From: Octopus vulgaris
Lineage: Eukaryota
Reading direction: 5' to 3'
NCBI GenBank assembly: GCA_951406725.2
Contig: OX597830.1
Coordinates: forward strand, 31,434,001-31,498,000
DNA length: 64,000 bases
Positions 52,108 through 64,000 of the stretch are shown here, piece after piece. The notes beneath the pieces were generated by a model. That model did no database searches, was not told where the DNA came from, and was given only the letters and a program-made list of their open reading frames with translations. Positions within the stretch are counted from its first letter, which is position 1. Each line of letters begins with the position of its first letter. The translations under genes were made by a program, and so were the position numbers.

Positions 52108-52791
52108 AGGCGGCGAGCTGGCAGAAACGTTTCGTCTGCCGCTATGTTCTGAGTTCAAATTCCGCCGAGGTCGACTTTGCCTTTCATCCTTTCGGGGTCG
52201 ATTAAATAAGTACCAGGTGCGCACTGGGGTCGATATAATCAACTTAATCCGTTTGTCTGTCCTTGTTTGTCCTCTCTGTGTTTAGCCCCTTGTGGGTAGT
52301 AAAGAAATAGGTATTTCGTCTGTCTTTATGCTCTGAGTTCAAATTGGCGGAATTTGGACTCAGAACATAAAGATACACGAAATACCTATTTCTTTACTAC
52401 CCACAAGGGGTTAAACACAGAGAGGACAGACAAACGGATTAAGTCGATTATATCGACCCCAGCGCGTAACTGGTACTTATTTAATCGACCCCGAAAGGAT
52501 GAAAGGCAAAGTCGACCTCGAAGGAATTTGAACTCAGATCGTAAAGACAGACGAAATACCTGTTTCTTTATTACCCACAGGGGCCTAAACATAGAGGGGA
52601 TAAACAAGGACAGACAAACGGATTAAGTCGATTATATCGACCCCAGTGCGTAACTGGTACTTAATTTATCGACCCCGAAAGTATGAAAGACGAGGTCGAA
52701 CTCGGCGGAATTTGAAATCAGAACGTAGCGGCAGACGAAATACCGCTACGCATTTCGCCCGGCGTGCTAACGATTCTGCTAGCTCGCCGCC
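52108..52791. mobile_element. Inverted cluster of SINE B tandem multimers
   Basis: Plus-strand copy 52108-52345 abuts minus-strand copies 52346-52791 (junction motif at 52379, 52553 and 52737). Confidence 0.9.
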
Positions 52792-53329
52792 TTCCTCCAC
52801 TCATAGATATTGCAACAATTTTAGCAATTAGAAACGGAAAGTAGACCTTGGTCAAAGTCCGCCGAGGTCTCTTTACCTTTCATCCTTTCGAGGTTGATAA
52901 AATAGGTACCAGTTGAAGACTGGAGTCGATGTAATCGACTTACCTTACCCTGAAGTTTCTGCTTTTGTGCCAAAATTTGAAATCAACATTATTGTCTTGC
53001 TGCTTTTTATTTTTTCCTGTGAAATAGTTATGTTTAATCGGCTTGCTTCGTTTGCCTGTATGAATTCAGGTGTGAATTGCAGGTATGCGTATGTGTCCAT
53101 CTATCTGTCTTTCATTGCTCTCTTATCTGTCTGTCATTGCGACCTCAAGGCAATCGCATAGCGGGCAGTTACCCGGGGGCCTCAAGGATCTATGGGCTCA
53201 ATTTTGGTCTATATATACAATGGCTTGTTGGCAATAAATAAATACTACAGGGCTCAGTGCATGGATTTATCCGAGAACCTATAAAGCTGCTGCCTCACGT
53301 ACGTACACACACACACACAAAGACGACGG

Positions 53330-53445
53330 GCTTTGGTCGGCTCGTGGCTATAGTAGAAAACACTTGCCCAAAGTGCCACGCAGTGCAACTGAACCCGGAA
53401 CCATGTGGTTGGGAAGCAAGCTTCTTACCACACAGCTACACCTGC
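53330..53445 (-). mobile_element. SINE family A, 5' part
   Basis: Head match. Confidence 0.8.
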
Positions 53446-53599
53446 ATCTATGTATATATATGTTTGTATTGATATGAGCATGAATGTGTGTATGTATGGG
53501 TATATGTATATTTGCATAGACGTACACATGTATATACATGTATGCATGTGTATATATATGTATATATATAAATACACACACACATGTATTTTCTTTTTT

Positions 53600-53968
53600 T
53601 CTTTTGTTTCAGTCATTTGACTGCGGCCATGCTGGAGCACCGCTTTTGGTCGAGCAAATCGACCCCAGGACTTATTCTTTGTAAGCCTAGTACTTATTCT
53701 ATCGGTCTCTCTTGCCGAACTGCTATGTTACGGGGGACGTAAACACACCAGCATCGGTTGTCAAGCGATGTTGAGGGACACATACAGACACACAAACATA
53801 TACACACACACATATACGACGGGCTTCTTTCAGTTTCCGTCGAACAAGGCTTTGGTCGGCTCGAGGCTATAGTAGAAGACACTTGCCCAAGGTGCCACAC
53901 AGTGAGACTGAACCCGGAACCATGTGGTTGGTAAGCAAGCTACATACCACACAGCCACTCCTGCGCCT
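53600..53968 (-). mobile_element. SINE family A, near full length
   Basis: Head to tail match. Confidence 0.92.
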
Positions 53969-54318
53969 ATATATATATATGTATATATGCTTATTTATGT
54001 ATACAAGAATATGTGTATGCGTGCATTTTGTGTATGCAACAAATATATTTGTGTGGTACACAAATGTGTGCGTATGCGTGTGTGATATAATTGTGATGCA
54101 TAAATAACGTGCAGGTCTGTGTGTGTCTATGATATCCATATATATGTATATACACGTGAATGCATCTCATTATGTGCACAGTATATGTATGTGTATTAGA
54201 GTCTGTGTGTGTTGTATGTATATTGTGTGCATGCATGCTTAATGAACGTGCGCGTGAAATATGTGTGTTTCCCCTAGTAAATCAATGCCATTTGCGTTCG
54301 TAGTATGAGTATATATTA

Positions 54319-54367
<49 letters not shown>

Positions 54368-54379
54368 TGCGCGTGTTAT

Positions 54380-54418
<39 letters not shown>

Positions 54419-55487
54419 CATACATATGTGTGTGAGTGTGAGTGTGTGTGTGCTGTACGAATGTATTTTTGTATGTGTGCGTATGAGTGTGCGCGCGTAT
54501 GCAGGTATACTTGTATGTATGCATGCATGCATGTATGTATCTATGTGCGTGTATATATATATATGTACATATGTGTGTATTCAGGTGTGTGAAAGGGTGT
54601 ACATATGCTGCGTGTGTGCCTGATATATGTGAGAGCATGAGTGTGTATGCATGTTTGTCTGTGTGTATGTGTGTGTGCATATATGCGTGCGCGTGCGTCT
54701 GTGTGTGTGAGTATGCGCGAACGCATGTGTGTGCGCGTGTGTGTGTGTGCATGTGTGTGTATGTGCTCGCGCTTGTGTACGCGTGCGTAATGGGAATAAG
54801 GAAGTTGCTGGCATCCATTCAGATGGTGATGGCTCTGTTAATTAGCATCGTTACTCAAAGCTTTCCTGAACCATTCCATTGCTACAAAGAACTCAACAGA
54901 CCTCACACAGAGTGTTAACGGTGCATATCGGTGGCGCCACCTTTACTGTTAAATCACTGTAATGGGCTCGCTTCCTCTTTGTGTTTTTCAGGAATAACGC
55001 AGCCTATCACGGCTCTTCCTTCCATGGCGTCTCCTCTGAAATAGATGTGTCGAAGCGATCGTCTGCCGTGTTGCGGTACCGTGTAAATAGTGCGTTGTAG
55101 TACTACGCATATACAAGTGTCGTGCATTAGGACTGTGCAATCAGTTTGAATATTCTGATGACATACTGTGTTGTGTTTGTAATGGTATTTGTGATGGGAA
55201 CTTGTGTAGTGACATCCTTAGATACTGCGTTGTAGTTATTAATACCTTGTTTCCACTGTGTGCGTAGTATTACTATGTTGTGTATAGTAAGGATTGTGTA
55301 GTAATAAACACTGATGTGTTGAGTGAATAGTTAGGACTACTTTTTTCTTTTTTTTAAATTGTTTCAGTCATTAGACTACGGCCATGTTGGGGCACCGCCT
55401 TGAAAAATGGTTCTTTTAGTCGAACGAATCGACCCTAGTACTTCTTGTAATAAATACCACTGTGTTGCGTGCGTGCATGTGTGTGTG

Positions 55488-55535
<48 letters not shown>

Positions 55536-55749
55536 TGCTTGTGTGTGCCAGTGACGTATGCTGGTTGTTGTATCGGGTGTGCTGCTACACCCAATGCCAC
55601 CAAATTTCAAGCAAGGTTGTAAGAAAAGTTTTTCCCCATTAAGACCTGTAATATTAAATTAATGAGTAAGGTTAATATTTATAAAGAATTTGCCATTTTC
55701 CGATGGGTGTGCAGCACACACCTAACGCACCCGAAATATATACCCCTGG

Positions 55750-55784
<35 letters not shown>

Positions 55785-55994
55785 TAGAAGTGTGTAGTAA
55801 AAAACAGTATTATGTTGTAATAGTATGTAATAATAACGAGACAGCGTATTAGTAAATAGTAACGTGTGTTTTGCGTGTAGTAGGATTGTGTAAATAATGA
55901 GAAGTGTTGAGCTGTATGTGTAGCCTTGATGTGTAGCAAACAGAATGTAATGGAGGGTGATATTCTGTAAGTGACACTGCGCAGTGATAATGAT

Positions 55995-56026
<32 letters not shown>

Positions 56027-56030
56027 TTAG

Positions 56031-56486
56031 GGATCTTTTCGGTTTGAACGACAATTTTTTCGAGCGGTGTCATATGAAATTTTCACCCATAATTATGACC
56101 CCAGTATCGATCTAATACATTTCAATCTGCTTTAGCGTTAGGGTTAGAGTTAGGGTTAGTTAGGGTTAGGGTTAGGGTCAGGGTTAGGGGTGGGGGAAGG
56201 GTATCTTTTTTTTTATTCAAAAATGTAAATAAACCCAATCTGTTTCTTAAACGAGGGACATATTCATACGGCACAGAATGTTTTCACCTCAACAGACGTC
56301 ATCGTTTGGTTGAAATTGCGGAAATTGAAGAGAAACAACAACAAATATCTTACAAACTGTAGAATTTTCTCAATAAAGCCAAGAGAAAAAGATGTTTTAT
56401 AAACACATTCTACCAGTATACGAAGTTTAAAAGTGTTGTTATGTGGAAATCATTTTAAAAAACTGCCGTTCAAACCGAAAAGATCC
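56031..56486 (-). mobile_element. MITE family F with an expanded (TTAGGG)n tract, inserted in (TAG)n
   Basis: TIRs as above; gttagggttagagttagggttagttagggttagggttaggg at ~56137-56188. Confidence 0.9.
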
Positions 56487-56560
<74 letters not shown>

Positions 56561-56563
<3 letters not shown>

Positions 56564-56892
56564 AATGCGCGTGGCTTAGTAGTTAGGGCATTTGGCTCCT
56601 CGCAACAATCGTAAAGTCGTGAGTTCGATTCCCTGCGGCGCGTTGTGTCCTTGAGCAAGATCCTTTATTTTTACGTTGCTGCAGTCCAATTAGCTGGCAA
56701 AAATGAGTAGTACGTGTATTTCAGAGGGTCGGCCTTGTTACACTCTGTGTCACGCTGAATCTCCCTGAGGAAAATGTGAAGGGGTACGTGTGTCTGTGGA
56801 GTGCTCAGCCACTGGCACGTTAATCTCGCAGGCGGCCTGTTCTCTTGATCGGATCAACTGGAACCCTCGTGGTCGTAAGCGACGGAGAGCCA
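56561..56892 (+). mobile_element. SINE family D in (GTA)n
   Basis: Matches 15023-15349. Confidence 0.88.
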
Positions 56893-56894
56893 GT

Positions 56895-56936
<42 letters not shown>

Positions 56937-57002
56937 CAGCAGTAGTAGTAGTAGCAGTAGTAGTGGTAGTAGTGGTAGTAGTGGTAGTAGTGGTAGTAGT
57001 AG

Positions 57003-57036
<34 letters not shown>

Positions 57037-57724
57037 TAGTGATGGTGGTGGTAATGGTCGTGATAGTGTTGGTAGCTACCGTTTATGATGAGCCCCAGAT
57101 CAGTCCTGATCGAGAAAGATCTATAATAGAAAGACATTTTTTGCTTGCCAAGAACCACCCAGTCAGTTTAGGAATACATTATCGAAAATGTGCCCTTCTC
57201 CTTTCAGTACGTAAGAGGGTAGTTTAAAGAAAATTTAGCTCGCATTTCTAGCTGGTCCAGTGATCTTTCTTTTTTGGCGCAGGAACATGTCGAAGCGTTA
57301 TTGTACTGCGGTACTGTTTGTTTATCATTACAGTGTTTTGGAAATGTGTAGTGGTAATACTTTGTCAATAGCGTAGACAGAGTATGAACCGGCCGAGGCG
57401 GCCCTTCCATTTGCCGCTCCGGACCCCACAAAAAATATATATTGCATACAGCCGACCTAAAAGTGATGCACCTTTAAAAGTGCCACCCGGGGCAGACCGT
57501 CCCTATCCGCCCTAGCTACGCTAATGTACTTTGTACCGCAGTTTAGTGACATTGCGCTGGTTGTCTCGTTGTTACGTTAGCCTCTAATCCCGCAGATCCT
57601 TGGCAAAAGCGTTCCAGCCATGACCGTAACGTATTTTAGTGAGGCTTGGAGTATCTATGTTCGTGGGGTGCTGTTTAAAGGAAATTTGGCGGATATTTTT
57701 AGCAGGCCATGCGATCACCTGGAA

Positions 57725-58037
57725 CAGTGTTTCTCAACCTTTTTTTTTTTTGCTTATGGACCTCATTATTTCCTATTTTACTCGGGGAGGGGTCTCATAA
57801 CCATTCGATGTCCCCCCCACCCAAAAAAAAATCCTATTAGATTTTTATAATTAAATATTATTTGAAATTATATTTTAAAAAAAATATTGAAATATCTTGT
57901 GTACTGCAGATGAAACCCCAATTTATCGCACATAAATTTTAACAACAAAATCTTATATGAATCTCCAAGGGCCACATAGACCCCTAAGGGCCAAATGGAT
58001 TCCCAAAGGTCATGTGAACCCCAGTTGAGAACCGCTT
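57725..58037. mobile_element. hAT-like MITE inserted in a family J copy
   Basis: Ends cagtgtttctcaacc / gttgagaaccgct; degenerate 8-bp flanks acctggaa and atctggag. Confidence 0.65.
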
Positions 58038-58123
58038 ATCTGGAGGATTCCACGTTGGCTCATTACGAAATCGGTGTGTTGGCATGGTAGTTTGTGGTAG
58101 GTCTGTCTAAGCAAAATTATGCA

Positions 58124-58350
58124 GTGAAAACGCATGGCCTTGTGGTTAAGGTAATTGAACTTATGAAATCGCTAGCTCATGGTTTCGATTCGTGGGGCGA
58201 GTGGTGCGTTGTGTTCTTGAACAAAACACTTCATTACACGTTGCTTTATGTTCACTTCAACACCTGACATATGTCACACTGTGCACCTGTTCAGGTAATG
58301 TTGATTTGATGTGGGGAGCGAGCTAATGTACAACATAAGCATTTGATCAT
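58124..58350 (+). mobile_element. Old D-head SINE with a fifth tail type
   Basis: gtgaaaacgcatggccttgtggttaag head, gtgttcttgaacaaaacacttcattacacgttgct core. Confidence 0.6.
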
Positions 58351-58354
58351 TATA

Positions 58355-58743
58355 GGCGCAGGCGTGGCTGTGTGGTAAAAAGTTTGCTTACCAACCATAT
58401 GGTTCCGGGTTTAGCCCCTCTGCATGGCACCTTGGGCAAGTGCCTTTTACTATAGCCTAGGACAAACCAAAAGGTTTGTGAATGGACTTGATAGATGGAA
58501 ACTGAAAGAAGCCTGTCGTATATATATATGTATATGCTTGTGTGTCTGTGTTTGTTCCCCACCCCCTCTATCGCTTGACAACCGATGTTGGTGTGTTTAC
58601 GTCCCCGCAACTTGGCAGTCCAGCAAAAGCGACCGATAAAATAATTATTAGGCTTACAAAGAATAAGTCCTGATGTCGATCATTTCGACTTAAAGGCGGT
58701 TCTCCAGCATGGCTGCAGTCAAATGAGTGGAACAAGTAAAAGA

Positions 58744-58744
<1 letters not shown>
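58355..58744 (+). mobile_element. SINE family A, full length
   Basis: Head to tail match. Confidence 0.9.
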
Positions 58745-58797
<53 letters not shown>

Positions 58798-58809
58798 ACA
58801 CACACACAG

Positions 58810-58949
58810 AGGCGAAGGAATGGCTGTGTGATAAGTAACTTGCTTACCAACCACATGGTTCCAAGTTCACTTGTCCGAGGTGCCACGCAGTGGGGCTGAA
58901 CCCGGAACGGTGTGGTTGGGAAGCAAGCTTCTTACCACACAGCCACTCC
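58810..58949. mobile_element. Two SINE A heads in inverted (fold-back) arrangement
   Basis: ggaatggctgtgtgataag..ggttccaagttca followed by tgaacccggaac..cttaccacacagccactcc. Confidence 0.8.
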
Positions 58950-59337
58950 ATATATATATATATATGATCGACCGCGATAATCAGTAAAATAGAAATACAA
59001 TTAAGAAATGAATTCTTCCTGTGCGGCCCGGAATTGGTTACCGGGCCCGTGGTAGGTCCCTTAATTTAAGAGATATTTCGCCTCAGTCATGGCCATGACA
59101 CTTAACAACCCTATCATTTGATGCCATTGGTAGAAATACCAGCCCAACCACCCTTATATCATACATCCTGCTGTCTTAGACCAAAGCTGCATTGGTTTAT
59201 CTGCTCACAGGTAAACTATGGGATTGTCACGGCTGGAATGGTTTTGGTTACTGCTTCTGGTTTGGACAGTCATGGTTGAGCAAAAGTTAATTGACAACAA
59301 ATACAACAATTACGACGACGACGACCACCACCACCGC

Positions 59338-59478
59338 CTCAGCCACCACCACCACCTCAGCCACCACCACCACCACCACCTCAGCCACCACCACCACCAC
59401 CTCAGCCACCACCACCACCTCAGCCACCACCACCACCTCAGCCACCACCACCACCTCAGCCACCACCACCACCACCAC
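59338..59478. repeat. 18-bp minisatellite (ctcagccaccaccaccac)n
   Basis: About 7 units derived from (CAC)n. Confidence 0.88.
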
Positions 59479-59661
59479 GGCCAACATCCCTACCAACACT
59501 ACAAGCAGCATCACCACCACCACCACCACCAACTAAATTATCTCCATCACCTTCACTGTAGCATCACTACCCTTACCACTGCCGCCACCGCCACCGCAAC
59601 CGCCGCCGCCGCCAACGCCGCCACCACCACCGCCATCACCACCACCACCACCACCACCACC

Positions 59662-59718
<57 letters not shown>

Positions 59719-60028
59719 GAACACCACCGTCAACATTACAATACTGCTACTTCAATTTCTACCACCAACACACTGCCGCCACCACCATCGCATTCACTGC
59801 CACCACCACAACCACCACCACTGCCACTACCACCACCACCCCCACCACCATCACCACCATCTCTTGTACACACAGCTAATAATTATAGAGGCAACACCAG
59901 CTTAACAGTTCACATGTCTTCATGACATGTTTTTCATGGTCCACAGAATCTGTCTTGGAGATTTGGGGTGAAGTCACTCTCTCTTAATGTCTAAAACCTT
60001 GTCTCCTGTCTCGCTCACACTCTCACAC

Positions 60029-60072
<44 letters not shown>

Positions 60073-60169
60073 AAACACACAAACACACAAACACACACAC
60101 TGCATATAACACACGCCCACATCTTGTGTATACACGCTTACACACCTTGCGTAGAATATCACACACATG

Positions 60170-60674
60170 ATATATATGTATGTGCGTGTGTATGTGTGTG
60201 TGTATATGTATGTGTATATGTATGTATATATGCATGCATGTATGTATGTATGTATGTCTGTATGTATGCATGCATGCATGTATGTATGTATGTATGTATA
60301 TATGCATGCATGTATGTATGTATGTATGCATGCATGCATGCATGTATGTATGTATGTATGTATGTATGTATGTATGTATGCATGCATGTATGTATGTATG
60401 TATGTATGTATGTATGCATGCATGTATGTATGTATGTGTGTATGTATGCATGCATGTATGTATGTATGTATGTATGCATGTATGTATGTATGTATGTATG
60501 TATGCATGCATGTATGTATGTATGTATGTATGTATGCATGCATGTATGTATGTATGTATGTATGTATGTATGCATGCATGTATGTATGTATGTATGTATG
60601 TATGTATGTATGTATGTGTGTATGTATGTATGTATGTATGCATGCATGCATGTATGTATGTATGTATGTATGTA

Positions 60675-60746
<72 letters not shown>

Positions 60747-60756
60747 TGTATGTATA
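60170..60756. repeat. (TATG)n/(CATG)n array
   Basis: Direct reading. Confidence 0.95.
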
Positions 60757-60879
60757 TGTGGCAGAATTGTTAGCACGCCGGTGAAAATGAATAGTTAGCT
60801 GCGTCGTTTTGTCCGTCTTTATGTTCTGAGTTCAAAATCTGCCAACATCAAATTTGCTTTCATCTTTCACCCTTCAGGG

Positions 60880-60911
<32 letters not shown>

Positions 60912-60970
60912 ACAGAATTTGCATATATTTTCCGGTGCTCAAATATGTATTGCATGTATGTATATCACTT

Positions 60971-61030
<60 letters not shown>

Positions 61031-61044
61031 GTATAATATATGAA

Positions 61045-61092
<48 letters not shown>

Positions 61093-61136
61093 AAATATGT
61101 ATTGCATGTATGTATATTTATATGTATATATATGAA

Positions 61137-61176
<40 letters not shown>

Positions 61177-62579
61177 TATGTATATGTATATATCTAAAAT
61201 ATGGAACAAGAGTGCAACAGAGGACAATAAAACATCCGGACAGAAAGACGATTCAAAGACAGAAAGGGAAAAAACAAGGACAGGTCATTCGTGACCTTCT
61301 CTCCTCAGTCATGTTTCCAAATTATCCTTACAGTTTTGGCCGGTTACACTCGAGGTTGTTCAAATCTGGCTGGCCCCAAAAATCTAACCTAAGAGCGTTA
61401 AATATTTTGGGAGAAAGCAAGCGAATGTGTATGCCAACATGGACAAAGAAAACGAGAAAGAGATTTAAAAAAAACAAAGAAATGTTACACAATTACAAAT
61501 ACAAACAACAAGAAAAACACATACGTGTGTGTGTGTCCATACACATACTCACATGCACATAGACAAGGTACTTCCATACACACACACAACGTATACATAC
61601 TCATATACAGCTGTATATACACTCACTATACATTCACTCATAAATAGTGTATATAAAAATATATTAGCTGCACATAGAACAGCATATAACCAGTATACAT
61701 CTTCACTCATACATATATACTACCATATACACTCACACACTATACACATACTGCGCATACAACTACTTGTCCTACCGCATACATACAATATATACACTCA
61801 GACATCCTTTATATAGGTTTACTAGATATACATATATATAAAATTTATTCATTGCATTTTAATTAATTAATTATGAATTTTTATAAATCATTCACCTATA
61901 TATATAGATGATGATGACTGTATTTAACTATTTAAAAAGTTGTAGAACTTAGAATGAAATTATGTAAAATTTACAAAATCATTGCTTATTTTCTCTCTCC
62001 CATATATATACATATATATATATGTATGTATGTATGTATGTATATATATATATATATATATGTATATGTATATGTATATATATATATATGTGTGTGTGTG
62101 TGTTTGTGTATATGCATGTATGTATGTATATATATATATGCATACGTATGTATTTATGCATAATTTTAATGTTATTTTTATTAAGTTATAATTTTTTTTC
62201 CAAGAACTAAGAATAAAAATAGATTATTCTTTCAAAATCTAATCTGCGGCTATTGGGGAATTTTTATAGAAAGTTCTCTTATTCTTCTTTCAGAAATGAA
62301 AATGCTCTTCATTAGCTATTGATAAATAAACAATATTTTTAGTGGTGCGTGAGATATATAGAGACTAAAATTAGTGCCTTTAAACTCTCAAATTGAAACA
62401 GGCGCTGTACTTTTTGCTATACGAGTCAAAATTTTCAAACAAAAAATTACTGCCAAGAAAGATAGGTCGTCGACTTATATAGCAAGATGACTTTGAAGGA
62501 CAATAAATTCCATGTGAACTGCAGCAAGATTTGGAAAGACAGAGACAATGTTTGAGTGTTTACACCACATGTTTACAAA

Positions 62580-62876
62580 TTGTTTGTTTGTTCCTTCTCG
62601 AGCCATTCCTGGTTCATAAGGGCCGGTTACCCCGGTTTCCTTGGCACATAGGTTCCCCACCTGCGACGGGACGCCGGTCCGTCGCAGGTGAGCTGCAAGA
62701 TTCAGGAGGAAAGAGCGAGAGAAAGAGTCAGCAGAAGTTCGCCAATACTTTCTGCCGGAGCCGCGTAGAGCTTAGGTGTTTCGCTCATAAACACACACAT
62801 CGCCCGGTCTGAGATTCGAACCCGCGATCCCTCGACAGCGAGTCCGGTGCTCTAACCACTAGACCATGTGCCTCCA
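62580..62876 (-). mobile_element. C-like-head SINE with the alternative tail (related to 19109-19426)
   Basis: Head ggaggcacatggtctagtggttagagcaccggactcgc; tail ctgcgacggaccggcgtcccgtcgcagg..gaaaccgggg; flanks catgtttaca. Confidence 0.85.
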
Positions 62877-62943
62877 TGTTTACACATGTAGATTTGTATA
62901 CAGAAAAATACTTTAAAAGGAATAAATTTTCAGTTGGACTTAC

Positions 62944-63054
62944 CTTGAAGCATTTTGTTTAGAGAAAGTCTCCCAGTGTCATCATAGTAAAGAATATCTC
63001 TCAATTACCAGTTTGATAATATGTCACAATATCAGTTCCAGTGGGTGACACAGT
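62944..63054 (-). other. Candidate 111-nt exon (non-coding or 5' UTR)
   Basis: Acceptor ctttatctctcttttcacag and donor AAG|gtaagt; stops in all three frames. Confidence 0.35.
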
Positions 63055-63299
63055 CTGTGAAAAGAGAGATAAAGATTGTTAAAAATATGAAAAAGAGGTA
63101 AATGTCGAAACTTCATCTAAATATCATCTGGGGCAGCATTTCTCAAGAATTTTTTTGCTTTTTTTTTGAGTGCCAAACGGTCAGAAACTTAAAAAAGAAG
63201 TTCAGTGTAATGGAAACTGGATAACACAGCTGAGTGATGGAATGAAGTAAAATCCTTAACTTAGAATGATGTTTGGAAAAAGATATGATCAGACACATA

Positions 63300-63922
63300 G
63301 GTGTAGGAGTGACTGTGTGGTAAGTAGCTTGCTTACCAACCACATGGTTCCGGGTTCAGTCCTACTGTGTGGCACCTTGGCCGAGTGTCTTCTACTATAG
63401 CCTCGGGCCAACCAAAGCCTTGTGAGTGAATTTGGTAGACGGAAACGGAAAGAAGCCCATCATATATATGTATATGTATATATATTTCTTTATTGCCCAC
63501 AAGGGGCTAAACATAGAGGGGATAAGCAAGGACAGACAAAGGGATTAAGTCGATTACATCGACCCCAGTCCGTAACTGGTACTTAATTTATCGACCCCGA
63601 AAGGATGAAATCCAAGTCGACCTCAGCGGAATTTGAACTCAGAACGTAACGGCAGACGAAATACGGCTACGCATTTCACCCGGCGTGCTAACGTTTCTGC
63701 CAGCTCGCCGCCTTTATGTATATGTATATATGTGTGTTTGTGTGTCTGTGTTTGTCCCCCACCAACATCGCTTGACAACCGATGCTGGTGTGTTTACATC
63801 CCCGTAACTTAGCGGTTCAGCAAAAGAGACCGATAGTATAAGTACTAGGCTTACAAAGATTTGCTCGACTAAAGGCGGTGCTCCAGCATGGCCGTAGTCA
63901 AATGACTGAAGGAAGTAATAAG
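63300..63922 (+). mobile_element. SINE family A interrupted by a minus-strand SINE B (63485-63712)
   Basis: A head 63300-63462, A tail 63730-63922; B inserted in the internal TA-rich tract. Confidence 0.9.
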
Positions 63923-64000
63923 AGACAGTATCTGATACTTTACAAGTTTTCCACAAACAGGAAGTCTACGCAAAATTCTGAAAGCTATTGTGTGACAAAT

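Noticed and set aside
56137-56188. TTAGGG repeats as a telomere or chromosome-fusion scar
   Set aside because: Internal part of MITE family F, present in all three copies.
59218-59925. 235-aa ORF with an apparent signal peptide and His/Thr/Pro-rich body
   Set aside because: The N-terminus lies in a family J repeat and the rest is (CAC)/(CAA) microsatellite.
61300-61372. Minus-strand ttgaaca...aaaactgta and ctgagga motifs
   Set aside because: No convincing helices or GAAA, so not called as a ribozyme.

Overview
AT-rich, microsatellite-saturated eukaryotic DNA with no intact protein-coding gene. Composition and SINE content resemble an Octopus (coleoid cephalopod) intronic or intergenic region; this is inferred, not database-confirmed. 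Nearly all ORFs in the supplied track are translations of simple repeats. Real content: (i) several tRNA-derived SINE families, including a MetaSINE-like one, with modular head/tail swapping; (ii) 3' fragments of non-LTR retrotransposons: R4/Dong-like RLE elements in (TAA)n, RTE-like (one with three C2H2 fingers) and L1/Tx1-like; (iii) non-autonomous Helitron, Helentron-type and TIR elements, including a MITE carrying TTAGGG tracts; (iv) minisatellites and fold-back palindromes; (v) two or three weak candidate exons. The most striking signal is a set of type I hammerhead-ribozyme (HHR) motifs from at least seven distinct repeat sequences. Several sit in Penelope-like inverted repeats beside (TA)n and have very long stem II inserts. 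Two show compensatory changes at the 3-8 core pair (U3-A8 and G3-C8), and one family has an A6U core. One HHR caps a ~135-nt rod-like hairpin between diverged direct repeats 343 bp apart (retrozyme-like). All structures were read by eye, so repeat boundaries are approximate unless TSDs are given.
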